A DNA stretch of 42,078 nt from Promethearchaeota archaeon. GTDB lineage: Archaea > Asgardarchaeota > Lokiarchaeia > Sigyniarchaeales > SOKP01. The DNA lies in assembly GCA_019057795.1 (NCBI GenBank), contig JAHLWS010000058.1, positions 1 through 42,078 on the forward strand, in the 5' to 3' direction. A program made the position numbers and the translations under genes. Every line of letters starts with the position of its first letter. Position 1 is the first letter of the stretch. A model generated the notes under the pieces. The model saw nothing but the letters and a program-made list of their open reading frames with translations, was not told the origin of the DNA and did no database searches. This document shows, piece by piece, positions 29,948 through 39,662 of the stretch.

Positions 29948-30995
29948 TTACGCTTCGAGAAATAAATCAACTAAAGCGTCTTGGTTGTCTTGTAAGGTCC
30001 ACTTTTGGCGTATCTTCCCTTTTTTACGACATTTTTTGAGCCATGCCTTGTTAATCTTCCACGAGTTATAAAGGAGCATTCGAACCAGCATGTCTAAGTA
30101 TCTCGTGTTATCGTGTTTCGACTTCCAGCGCCTACCCATCCGATTTAAGTCGGAAAACCCCGTCTCTATAAACCATCGTTTTTTATAAAATCGAGAAGTG
30201 CGGGACGCCCAAGAACTCGTATCGCCCCTAGGTTTTTGGGTAGTCATTACAGCATAAATTATCTTCATGGCATCGTCTAAACTTAATGTCCCTTTCTTAA
30301 AGTCTTGTTTAACGCTTGAAAGAGAGTATCCCTTTTTTGCTCTTAATAATAAATATAAATCTTGGGAGAATTGTTTTCCTCCACCAGGAGCGGTCGAAAT
30401 TGTATATCTTCTGATTCTTCTTCCCGTTCCTTTCAAATATTCTTCAATCATCATGTTAATTTTTTTGTATGATTTGGAAGGAATTAAAACCTCCCCTTTC
30501 AAGATTTTTATCTCCTTTAGAAGCTCAGCCTGGTAAAATTCGCGATCTATCATTACGTAATTTAATTCAAACCCTAAATTAATTAAATGCTCAAGAAATT
30601 TAAGAATCACGGGTATTTTAGATTGTCCTTTTGCGATTTGCTCTAATCCTGCGAAAAGGTGAATTCCTTTCGACAAAATTGAAAACCCCAAGTAATGTCT
30701 CATTTTTTTCGTCCCTTTGCCCCGATTTGTTCCCTTGATCATTTTATCACCCCGTTTCCCGTAGTAAGAATGCTCTGTAAAGTCAATTAGAACATTGACC
30801 ATTCTTGAAATGAGTTGTAACCTTAACGCTTCCATTAATTGATGGTCTAAGCACTCTCGTAGAATTACTCTTGCTTTTTCGAGCCCAATATGGCGTAAAA
30901 GCTTGTTTACTTCGGTTTGATGCGGGACTTCGCGCTTACTTCGCCCATCGGCATACTTTTTTTGCCTTCCTTTTTTTTTATTCAAAAAATACTTG
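29948..30995 (-). CDS. ISH3-like DDE transposase, exon 2
   Basis: LIDFTEHSYYG, MIDREFY, YKKRWFIETGF; joins exon 1 in frame after intron removal (426 aa total). Confidence 0.88.
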
Positions 30996-33303
30996 GTCGA
31001 GTAGGTCGGGGCTGTTACCAGCCCTTTCCCCTCTTGGAACCACACGTGAGAGTTTCCCTTCATGTGGCTCGAGCAGAAAGTTCCAATCGCGTCACCGCGT
31101 ACCCTTTCGCCGTTCAGCGTCACCGTTTCCAGGTTAATTAGGTCAAACGATAATATAACAATAACTTCAATTGTTTACATAGATGGTTATGACATTGCAT
31201 ATCTGATCTCCTCGTATCTCCTTCTTTTCCAGAACTCTTTAACTTTCGGGTCAGGATTTAAAGGAGACATATCACCTACTTTAAATTTATACTTTAATCT
31301 CTTGACATCACTCGCTTTACTTAACGTATATCCTGTTTTCGCGACCTTAAATGTCCATTTTTGACTTCCTGTTTTCTCATAGTATCTATCGTATATCCAT
31401 CTCTTTCCTTTTCCATCATTTTTGTGTCTTCTTACGCACCAACGCCATATTAATCTCCAAATTTCACTATCTACTTTTGAAAACACTTGATAGGCATCGG
31501 AAAATCTATAATACATAGCCCAACCCCGAATAATCGGGTTGAGCAGAGCTATAAACCTTCCCTGTTCCATCTGTTTATTAGCCCAGATGATTAATCTCAT
31601 ATGATCTAAGAATCTCTTGACTTTTTCTTTCTGCGGTTTGACATATAATTTCTGTCTCGGTTGTTCTATCGTAAAACCTAGGAAACTAAAGCCTTGTCTT
31701 TTATCCGTTATTCTTGTTTTCTCCCGCTTCAAGCTTAGTCCCCTATCCTTCAAGAACTTCGCCATTTTTGGGATGATGCGTCTCATCGCATCTTTCGTCT
31801 TTGTCATTACAATAAGATCGTCTGCATATACTACAGCCGACCCGTCCGTTCCGAGTACCTGTTGTAATCCATGTAAAGCTATATTAGCTAAGATAGGGCT
31901 TACGGGACTTCCTTGGACGATTCCTTTGGTCGTCTTATGTCTCTTTCCGTTGTCAATAATTCCGGCTTTCAAGCATCGTTTAATAACTCCATGGAATACA
32001 TCTAACCTGTCTAAGATCGTATCGTGTCTTATATTATCAAAGAATTTATTTATATCTGCGTCTAAAATAACTTTATCTCCTTTAATTAATTCCGAATATA
32101 TCATTTGTATTGCGTCCTGTGTACTCCTGCCAGGTCTGAAACCCATAACACCAGGATCTAACCGTGCTTCCCATTTTGCCGTAAGGGCAAAAGAGATTAT
32201 CGTCGTCATTATCCTATCCTTAATTGTCATTAGTCCCAAGGGTCGCTTCTCCGATTTAACATTATTTCTCTTCTTGCGTCCATGTATCACTTCCCTCCAA
32301 TTCTCCTGTGCTTTAGGTATATACCGCCTCAGCACGGGTTGGAATTTATGTGTTCTATAATCGAAATCTTCTTTGCTTAACTCCATTCTATCTTCCGAGG
32401 TCAAATAAACCTCTCCATCTATACCAGGTGTGGTTCGTCCCTTATTCTTCTGGGTAATTATATAAATCGCGAGTAATTTCGCAGATTCAGACCTAACCAG
32501 AAGTTTCATGAGATTCTTCACTCCCTTCTTATCGCCTTTCTTGGATGCCCTGTAGATCCTACCTTGAAGTCGCCTTACATCACGTTCCAGTTGAGACCAA
32601 TTAATCTCGTCCCACCAGTCGTTTTGTCTATAGATTTGTTCAATTTTCATTGTCTAACTCCTCATATAGTTATGGTTTCTTCATGGTGCTTTCTCAGTCT
32701 CCACCACTTTCGAAGTCAGCAGTCTTTCAACTCGGGGTATCCCTTCTATAAATTATTCTTTCATTATAGAAGCCCCTATCCACTCTATTACTGGGTGGCA
32801 TTCGCTTCCTCTTAGTTCCTATGCCCGCTAAACCTTCCCCCTCACTTACGCTTGGGATACCATTCCATGGACTTCTCCATGTATGGGGCTTATCGGGATT
32901 TCCAAGTTTCATACAATTGACTTTCATCGATTCCCTTAGGTATTGGCTCTTCCCCGACTGCTCTATGGTTGGAAAAATATTAAGTTGAAAATAATATTTA
33001 CAGGCAGTTTTGCCTTTTGGCAAGGTGTATCACTACTTTTCACCTCCAGCGAATTACGAGGTTTATCACCAATTCATTTTCATTTACCATAGGTATCCTT
33101 ACAAGCCTGCAGCAGGAGTGTAGTCTCCTCTGTCAGTACCTTTTTCTCCAAGGCTTCACAAGGGGTCATTACTGTCCCCCCATGCTTGGATAGTTACACT
33201 TATCCAACTTAAGGTCGGCTTCTTGAGGGCTTATCCTTTGATAAGCTTACCATTCAGTAATACTCAATGTTCCGCATTCAATTGTATGACTTACATGTCG
33301 CAC
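30996..33303 (-). ncRNA. Group II intron (IIB-like ribozyme, 2308 nt)
   Basis: 5' GTGCGA at 33303; 34-nt domain V GAGCCACATGAAGGGAAACTCTCACGTGTGGTTC (31070-31037) with AGC triad; domain VI ending CCTACTCGAC at 30996; EBS1/EBS2 identified. Confidence 0.95.
31187..32650 (-). CDS. ltrA: Group II intron reverse transcriptase/maturase, no endonuclease domain
   Basis: INW...RLQGRI N-terminus, TPGIDG, RPLG...DR, GFRPGRS, DINKFFD, QGSPVSP, YADD, FLGF, LNPIIRGWAMYY; GAGGAG SD; no C-terminal HNH. Confidence 0.96.
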   Translation of the reverse strand: MKIEQIYRQNDWWDEINWSQLERDVRRLQGRIYRASKKGDKKGVKNLMKLLVRSESAKLLAIYIITQKNKGRTTPGIDGEVYLTSEDRMELSKEDFDYRTHKFQPVLRRYIPKAQENWREVIHGRKKRNNVKSEKRPLGLMTIKDRIMTTIISFALTAKWEARLDPGVMGFRPGRSTQDAIQMIYSELIKGDKVILDADINKFFDNIRHDTILDRLDVFHGVIKRCLKAGIIDNGKRHKTTKGIVQGSPVSPILANIALHGLQQVLGTDGSAVVYADDLIVMTKTKDAMRRIIPKMAKFLKDRGLSLKREKTRITDKRQGFSFLGFTIEQPRQKLYVKPQKEKVKRFLDHMRLIIWANKQMEQGRFIALLNPIIRGWAMYYRFSDAYQVFSKVDSEIWRLIWRWCVRRHKNDGKGKRWIYDRYYEKTGSQKWTFKVAKTGYTLSKASDVKRLKYKFKVGDMSPLNPDPKVKEFWKRRRYEEIRYAMS

Positions 33304-33536
33304 TTCAACCTTTCGCTGGCACTATCTATAGACCTTCCGGTCATTTCGGAATAAAAAAAGACTCTAAGAAAGTCCTCAGCGTCATATCTTGCGTTTTTAC
33401 CTTTTCTACACCCCCACATTTGAGATTTGATTGCGTCACAAAAGTTTTTAAAAAATGCTAACATATATTCATTAGAGAAAAGTGGTTTTAACTCAGCTTC
33501 CAAATCTGAAAGTGGAGATAAATATTTTATGCGCAT
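33304..33536 (-). CDS. ISH3-like transposase, exon 1
   Basis: 77 codons + 2 nt (MRIKYL...SASERL AA|) ending exactly at the intron GTGCG boundary. Confidence 0.85.
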
Positions 33537-33559
33537 ACATAAATATAGCCACTTTTCTC

Positions 33560-33601
33560 TTATAAATTTTTAGGTAGATTCCCACTGGAAACAAGTGGGA
33601 A
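33560..33601 (-). promoter_or_regulatory. Transposase promoter: TATA box plus upstream palindrome
   Basis: TTTATAA (33566-33560) ~24 nt before ATG 33536; TTCCCACT-N7-AGTGGGAA at 33579-33601. Confidence 0.55.
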
Positions 33602-33844
33602 AAAATAATAGTTAGATAATAAAAATTAGAAATAAATATTAATAGAAAAAGATTCAGTTAAAGAGGATTTAGAGTTCTACTTCCTTTGATACTGATACTG
33701 AATATTTATGCAAAAAATGACAATAAGTATTAATTTGGCACATTAGTCATAAAAAATTAGTTTAAACTATGCCTAAATAATCTCTTTCGTATAATTCTTA
33801 TAAAAACAAATGATTCTTAGATTATTAAAAAAAAAAAGGATTAT

Positions 33845-34174
33845 TTAAAAGCCAAGTTCCTCGAGCTTTGCTTTATTTTCTGCTACTTTTTCTGGATCAA
33901 GTGGATAGAATTTCCAAAAAACTAATACACCTAGTAAAAGAACGCACATAGGTATAATTCCTATTAGAAATCGAAGCCCCCATTGTATCAGCTCAACATT
34001 TGCTCCGCTGGCAATTAAATCTTCTAGAGTTGAAATTCCCGCTGGAAACATCGTTATAGCAAATACAATTGTAATAAATAATTCGTCAAAGAAACTTGTG
34101 AATCTGCCTATCAGTGCCCACGTTCCTAATATCATGCCTTTCTGGTTTTTTCCTGTTCGTACAACATAATCAAA
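33845..34174 (-). pseudogene. 3' remnant of an MFS/GPH-family transporter
   Basis: FDYVVRTGKNQKGMILGTWALIGR...FWKFYPLDPEKV; only the last two TM helices; overlaps the UROD-like gene end. Confidence 0.75.
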
Positions 34175-35274
34175 TTTCTTATAGGATAAGTTCCAAACTT
34201 CTTAACAGTCTCAACCATAGCTTTAATGTTTTCATATTTGCACGTACTTAAAATATCAGAACCAGCACCCAAAATAAACCCTCCACTCTCCGCAGCATCT
34301 TGTAGAGCTTGTTTTGTAGCTTCTATTGTAGTCTCTAGTGAACCATATGTCAAAACATAAGTAGCAGAGATATTACCAATCAAACAGATTTTTGATCCAT
34401 ATTTTTGTTTGAGAGGTTTTAGCCTCATACCGGATTCATACTCTAAAGGTTCAATAGCATCCACTCCAGAATTAATAAGAAATGGTATAGTTTCAGTTAC
34501 ATCTCCATCTGAATGAATAAGTAATTTAGCATCATGTTTGTGAGCATTATTAGCGAGCTCTCGATACACGGGAGTTATAATTTCATTCCAATGTTTGGGA
34601 TTAAATATTGTACTTCCCTTTAACGCCCAATCATCACAAATAAAAACCATGTCAATCCCTTTTTCAAAAAGACAGTTTTGTAATTCTTTAGTTATTCTCC
34701 CTAAAGCTTTGGCAAGATCCTTAACTAAATTAAAGTGTTTCCTTATCATATAAGCAAATCTATTTATCCCTATCATTGACCAAGTCGCGAACGCTACAGA
34801 GCCCCCAGTAGGAATTGTAACCAAACCTTTTTGAAGATAATTTTCCCATATTTTTTTAAAAGATTTAAAATGTATTTCTCCAGCAGGTTCCCATGTTTTA
34901 ATATATGTGATCCATTCTTTCAGTAATTCTGGCGTTTTAAGTACTCCATCTTGATACCACTCGCCTTTATAATAATGACCCCATTCGTTGTAGGAATCTA
35001 TATTATATTCTTTTAAGATTTCTTCTGGAACTTCCGGTTTTTTATGAGAGTGTGTTCGAATTCTATCATAGTGATACCAGATGGAATCAAATCCCATATA
35101 AAGCGCTGCATCATACATAGCATGCTTAGAAAGAGGATTAAGTGGTTTATCATCAATACTCATCTTATCTACTACCTTTTTAGTAAATGGATAATCAAAA
35201 TATTGTGCTAAGGTGGGAACTCGGTCTGGTTCCTCAAATTCCAATGTTTTTATTATACGTTCATGTGCATCCAT
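34132..35274 (-). CDS. Uroporphyrinogen decarboxylase / MtaA-CmuA-like TIM barrel
   Basis: FEEPDRVP, ICDDWA, HSDG, IEPLE, GNI, GGFILG, G.YP. Confidence 0.88.
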   Translation of the reverse strand: MDAHERIIKTLEFEEPDRVPTLAQYFDYPFTKKVVDKMSIDDKPLNPLSKHAMYDAALYMGFDSIWYHYDRIRTHSHKKPEVPEEILKEYNIDSYNEWGHYYKGEWYQDGVLKTPELLKEWITYIKTWEPAGEIHFKSFKKIWENYLQKGLVTIPTGGSVAFATWSMIGINRFAYMIRKHFNLVKDLAKALGRITKELQNCLFEKGIDMVFICDDWALKGSTIFNPKHWNEIITPVYRELANNAHKHDAKLLIHSDGDVTETIPFLINSGVDAIEPLEYESGMRLKPLKQKYGSKICLIGNISATYVLTYGSLETTIEATKQALQDAAESGGFILGAGSDILSTCKYENIKAMVETVKKFGTYPIRNLIMLYEQEKTRKA

Positions 35275-35411
35275 TTAAACCATTTTAAGTAAGTTTTGTT
35301 AAGAGTTATTTAATGCATTAGATTTTATTTTAAGTTAAACTTTATGAGTTCTTAAATAGTGTTTAAATTAAACTCAATTAAACTTATTATAAAAATTTCA
35401 TATTATTTCAT

Positions 35412-36314
35412 ATGAGATTTGGAGTTTCCCCATTATCACTTGAATTTGTAATTGAGAAAATCTTAAAAGAAAAGGGTTTATCGGGATTTGCAGAATTTAG
35501 TCTTTCAGAACTTGTTGAGGGTGTTGCTAAAACAGGATATAAACACTTTGAGATTACATTTGACATCTTTCAGGTCTTTCCCATTCAAATCAACGAAGAC
35601 GAAATTGAGAGATTGAAAAATATTAAGAGGAAATATGATATAACATATTCTGCACATCTTCCTTTCATAAGCCTTGAGCTTGCCAGCCCAAATAAATTCA
35701 TCCGTGAAGCAAGTATAAATTCGATAGTAGATTCTTATGAAACATTTATAGAATTAGAAAACGATATTGAATTTTATGTCTTACATCCAACAGGTGAATT
35801 TATTGCTGATGCAATGGATTTTATCAAGAGTCCTGATATTTTTCCAGTTGCAATAGAACTTTTTACGAATTCTTCAATTCAGAGCATTAAAGAAATATTA
35901 GATAAAACAGGAGTGAATAGTCAAAAGATAGTGATAGAAACTATGGAATTTCCATTAGACGCAACAATTAAAATGGTTAAAAAATTAAATACTAAGCTTT
36001 GTATTGATACTGCTCATATTTTAGGAGGATTTTCGGGAGATTGTGATTTAATAGAGATTACTGATAAATATTTAGAGCTAACAGGAGAAATTCACCTACA
36101 AGATTATAATGCTGATAATTTACTATCTGATCATTGTGCTTTAGGTACAGGTTCAAATTTTCCTCCAGAGTTCTTAAATTTAATTCATAGAAAGAATTTC
36201 GAGGGTCCAATCGTATTTGAATTACCAAAAAAAGACATTATCGCATCATTAGAATATATAAAGAAATATGCACCTCAAATAAAAATTCCAAATATCGAGA
36301 ATCATTATTTCTGA
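35412..36314 (+). CDS. AP endonuclease-2/xylose isomerase-like TIM barrel (possibly CbiR-like)
   Basis: SAHLP, VLHP, IETME, CIDTAH, EIHLQD, DH, VFEL. Confidence 0.8.
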   Translation: MRFGVSPLSLEFVIEKILKEKGLSGFAEFSLSELVEGVAKTGYKHFEITFDIFQVFPIQINEDEIERLKNIKRKYDITYSAHLPFISLELASPNKFIREASINSIVDSYETFIELENDIEFYVLHPTGEFIADAMDFIKSPDIFPVAIELFTNSSIQSIKEILDKTGVNSQKIVIETMEFPLDATIKMVKKLNTKLCIDTAHILGGFSGDCDLIEITDKYLELTGEIHLQDYNADNLLSDHCALGTGSNFPPEFLNLIHRKNFEGPIVFELPKKDIIASLEYIKKYAPQIKIPNIENHYF

Positions 36315-36396
36315 AATTGATCTATTCCAGTATTTTTAATTGATCTTCCCATCTACTATTAATTCATTAATTTTTTAATATCTTATTTCAGTTTGA

Positions 36397-37611
36397 GTGT
36401 CCTACATAATTGTAAAAATAATTGATCGTCCTGTTTTTAGTTATTATTTTCCTAAAAAAAGGGGAAAACTTGGTGCGTATTTAGATATCGTCGGTGAAAA
36501 TTGGGATTTAGCACAAGACCATGAAGGAATTGAAAATGCTCTTGATGGGATTGAAAAGCGAGCTGAAATTACATATTATGGGGGTGAGTCTATTCCTAGT
36601 TATTTCCCGAATTATGGTCCAGGAATTGTGGCAGCAGTTTTTGGAGTTACACCAAAATTCCAATCGAGTACAGTTTGGTTTAGTCGTCCAACAAAAATAG
36701 AGGATATCACAGAATACCTTGAAAGCGTTAAATTAAATCAAAACAATGAATGGTATTCACGACTATTAAGAATTACTGAATATGCGGCAAAACGAGCGGG
36801 TAGAAACTATATTATAGCACAAACTGATTTAGGAGGTGTTTTAGATATACTTTCAGCATTTTTAGGACCAACTAATATAATTTTAGCTATGAAGAGAAAG
36901 CCTGAAATTATTGACACATGTCGTTCAATCATACTTGAAAAACTATTACATGTTTATGATAAATTACAAGATATTATTGACAAATATGGAGATGGCTGTA
37001 GTAGTTGGCTCAATGTCTGGTGTGGAAAAAGGAGTTATCCTATGCAATGTGATTTTAGTGCGATGTTAAACCCAAAATGGTTTAAAAGGTTTGCCTTACC
37101 TGATCTTGTAGCTCAAGCAGAACATTTGGATTACGCAATTTATCATTTAGATGGTCCCAACGCACTTCATCACTTAGATCCCTTATTGGCCGAACCTGCA
37201 ATAACGGGGATTCAATGGGTTCCAGGTGCAGGAAGTGCACCAATGGGATCAGAAGTATGGATATCACTTTATAAGAAAATTCAAAAAGCAAGTAAAAATT
37301 TAGTAATAGATGCTTCGCCAGAGCAAGTTTCTAATTTATATAAAAATCTTGATTACAAAGGGTTATTTGTAAGAACCTTCTACCGAACAGAATTTATTAC
37401 AAATCTCTACTTACCGAAATTTATGGGCGGTAATGATGGCAAATTAATATTTAAAGCAAGGAATTGGATAGAAAAACAAGGGAAAAAGAAAATAACGAAA
37501 GAAGAATTAGAGGAGTTCTTAATATTAAATGGAATTGAGTTAAATAACAAGTTTAAAAAAGATTTACTGAAGGAGATTAATAGTTCTATGGCGGAAAAAA
37601 ACCTCGTATAG
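36397..37611 (+). CDS. UROD/MetE-like TIM barrel protein (start uncertain)
   Basis: IDRP, PNYGPG, TDLGG, QCDFSAM, YHLDGP, IQWVPGAG. Confidence 0.78.
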   Translation: MSYIIVKIIDRPVFSYYFPKKRGKLGAYLDIVGENWDLAQDHEGIENALDGIEKRAEITYYGGESIPSYFPNYGPGIVAAVFGVTPKFQSSTVWFSRPTKIEDITEYLESVKLNQNNEWYSRLLRITEYAAKRAGRNYIIAQTDLGGVLDILSAFLGPTNIILAMKRKPEIIDTCRSIILEKLLHVYDKLQDIIDKYGDGCSSWLNVWCGKRSYPMQCDFSAMLNPKWFKRFALPDLVAQAEHLDYAIYHLDGPNALHHLDPLLAEPAITGIQWVPGAGSAPMGSEVWISLYKKIQKASKNLVIDASPEQVSNLYKNLDYKGLFVRTFYRTEFITNLYLPKFMGGNDGKLIFKARNWIEKQGKKKITKEELEEFLILNGIELNNKFKKDLLKEINSSMAEKNLV

Positions 37612-37629
37612 TATCTCACTAATAATTTC

Positions 37630-38790
37630 TTAAAATTTTAACGGATATTTTCGATATTTCTCTATTGATGCTCTCATTGCTAAAACATTCTCCCAAGGCA
37701 TATTTAAGATGTCATGACTAGGTCCTACAAAATAACCGCCGCCTTTTCCAGCCTTCTTTATTGTACTCCTTACATTTTCGTCCACATCTTCTGGAGTTCC
37801 ATGAGTTAAAACCCCTGAAGAGTCCAATCCGCCCATAAAGCACAAACGATCTCCTAGCGATTCTTTTAATCCAGCCAAGTCAACTCCTGCTGTTGCTTCT
37901 AAAGATTGAATGCAATTAAGACCAGCATCAACTAAATCAGGTAAATATTGATCAATTTTCCCACAAGAATGGAGTACAACTATCACACTTCTTTTTTTGC
38001 ATGTTTTGTAAATTCTTTTGTGATATGGAAGGATAAATTCTCGAAAAACTTTTAAAGAAAAGAATCCATTGTCCTTATAGCCCAAATCATCGCCAAACAT
38101 AACTATATCAACGCCTACTTCAGCTAATCGTTTAATTATTTCAATATTAACCTTCGTGTACTCGTCCATAATTTCGTGAATAAATTTGGGGTTTTTACGT
38201 AAATAATAAGCAAAACGAGTAAAAGAAAGACCCCCAATCAAAACTTCGGAGGGATTTAATGGTAAATTTGCCATTGGATAGAAATAAGGCGCAAGGGCTT
38301 CAACGAATCCTTCCCATCTTTGAGTCGAGTATTTAACCCTATCGTTAATCAATTCAGTGGGTTTTCCATACTGATCCCAATAAGAGTGCAAGATCTCCGG
38401 ATTTGTAAAATAACCACCAACATACCAAGCATATTCCAAACCTGTATTAACTTGCTTCACAGTTCTATATAATCTGCCGTCCATCCTATTAAGACGACAG
38501 CCAGCGTACTCAGGAGGTGCGTTTTCATATCTCACTTTTATTTTGTTTTCCCCAAATGGGTCCATTCCATAAAGATCGGCGTTCCAAAAGCGTTGTTCTG
38601 TAATATAGTATTTAACGTTAGATTTCGTATTTTTTACGGAACTATGATATCTTTTCCTTTCTTCTGATTCTTTAAAAGCTTGGAAAGAAAGCCCTGTTTG
38701 CTCAAAGCCAAATAAATGTATAGGAACCATATCTGGTTCACCATCAAGCTCGAGAGCTTTGAATACCCGTTCACGTTTTGATAATACCAT
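37630..38790 (-). CDS. Uroporphyrinogen decarboxylase / MtaA-CmuA-like TIM barrel
   Basis: EPDMVP, GDDLG, HSCG, QSLE, GGLD, GGYFVGPSH. Confidence 0.88.
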   Translation of the reverse strand: MVLSKRERVFKALELDGEPDMVPIHLFGFEQTGLSFQAFKESEERKRYHSSVKNTKSNVKYYITEQRFWNADLYGMDPFGENKIKVRYENAPPEYAGCRLNRMDGRLYRTVKQVNTGLEYAWYVGGYFTNPEILHSYWDQYGKPTELINDRVKYSTQRWEGFVEALAPYFYPMANLPLNPSEVLIGGLSFTRFAYYLRKNPKFIHEIMDEYTKVNIEIIKRLAEVGVDIVMFGDDLGYKDNGFFSLKVFREFILPYHKRIYKTCKKRSVIVVLHSCGKIDQYLPDLVDAGLNCIQSLEATAGVDLAGLKESLGDRLCFMGGLDSSGVLTHGTPEDVDENVRSTIKKAGKGGGYFVGPSHDILNMPWENVLAMRASIEKYRKYPLKF

Positions 38791-38954
38791 AATTTTTGCG
38801 TAAATTAGTTGATTTAAAATTTAAAGAGATTAATAATGAGTAGAATAATATTATGTTAAAAAAGATTAGTTAATTAACAAATGAAAAAATTTAAGGAAGG
38901 AGTTATATATAAGTATATATCCACGGAATGCTCTAGTACACATAGGTAAATATT

Positions 38955-39266
38955 ATGAAAATTCTTTCAGTAAGAATAGACGATAACTTAGAACGAAAAC
39001 TGAGTTTTTTGCTTAAGAAATTAAAAGTAATCGATAAATCCACATACATTCGTCAATTATTGGAGAAATCGCTTTCCGAGGAGATGTTAGAAATTCTTTG
39101 TAATGAGGTTAGTGAAAAGAATATTAGTGCATGGAAAGCAGCAGAAATAGCTGAAGTTTCGCTAAGAAAAATGCTATACGAACTAAAGAAACGCTATCCT
39201 TCAGGATATGACGAACAAGCTCTTAAAGAAGATCTCGAATTTGCCTTGGGTTTAAATACATCATGA
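38955..39266 (+). CDS. RHH + UPF0175-type antitoxin
   Basis: ILSVRIDD..., ISAWKAAEIAEVSL, LKEDL; ATGA overlap with a truncated downstream start. Confidence 0.8.
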   Translation: MKILSVRIDDNLERKLSFLLKKLKVIDKSTYIRQLLEKSLSEEMLEILCNEVSEKNISAWKAAEIAEVSLRKMLYELKKRYPSGYDEQALKEDLEFALGLNTS

Positions 39267-39279
39267 TTGCTATTTTTTC

Positions 39280-39360
39280 TCCTCTATAACTCTGGTAGAG
39301 CTAGAATCTCAATTGATTTATATCCGTTTTTAAGGTCAATTTATTAAATTTACACCAATT
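39280..39360 (-). repeat. Near-identical copy of the 3' end of the PIN gene at 40091-40167
   Basis: ~77 bp match with 2 substitutions and a 4-nt insertion. Confidence 0.88.
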
Positions 39361-39476
39361 ATTTTTCTACGAATAGCGTTGCGATGGCACCATCCTCTCC
39401 CTTTGCTACGAAAACTTCCATTCCAAATTTAGGATATTTCATTTGGAGCCAGTCCTCATCAAATTTAGTGAATAGT

Positions 39477-39647
39477 TTATAAAATATTGGTTATTGATTT
39501 TACATAATCAAGATAATTCATGCCCTTTAATTCTGCTTCTTTAGCAAGGATTTTTCTAGCAATGTGGATTTGTTGTAGAGCCAGATCATTTGGAAATTCT
39601 TTCTCTATCTCTTTTTTAATCTTATCAATTTCTTTTTCATTTAATAT
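39477..39647 (-). pseudogene. Small PIN-associated protein, paralogue of 39895-40080 (ATA in place of start)
   Basis: LNEKEIDKIKKEIEKEFPNDLALQQIHIARKIL vs LSEKEKNKIITELREEFPQDEMLFELHLFR; GAGGT SD upstream. Confidence 0.7.
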
Positions 39648-39662
39648 TTTAAATAACCTCTC

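Larger units (their letters stand above)
29854..33694 (-). mobile_element. ISH3-like insertion sequence (1533 bp without the intron) carrying a group II intron
   Basis: TIRs CAGTATCTAAGGAAGTA (29854-29870) and reverse complement CAGTATCAAAGGAAGTA (33678-33694), 1 mismatch; 5-bp direct repeat ATACT at 29849-29853 and 33695-33699. Confidence 0.92.

Noticed and set aside
30996-31123. N-terminal 43 codons of ORF 29948..31123 (MTLNGER...)
   Set aside because: These are intron domains V/VI read in frame; the real N-terminus is exon 1 at 33304-33536
31187-32650. RT as DGR, retron or CRISPR-associated RT
   Set aside because: It has a maturase domain and flanking group II ribozyme; no TR/VR pair, msr-msd or cas genes seen
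32727-33023. 98-aa ORF and other small ORFs overlapping the intron
   Set aside because: They fall in ribozyme domains I-III or antisense to the RT; no protein motifs
39359-39476. Firm call as DUF3368 PIN fragment
   Set aside because: Only KGE.GAIA resembles the family, and it is inverted relative to the antitoxin; too weak to annotate
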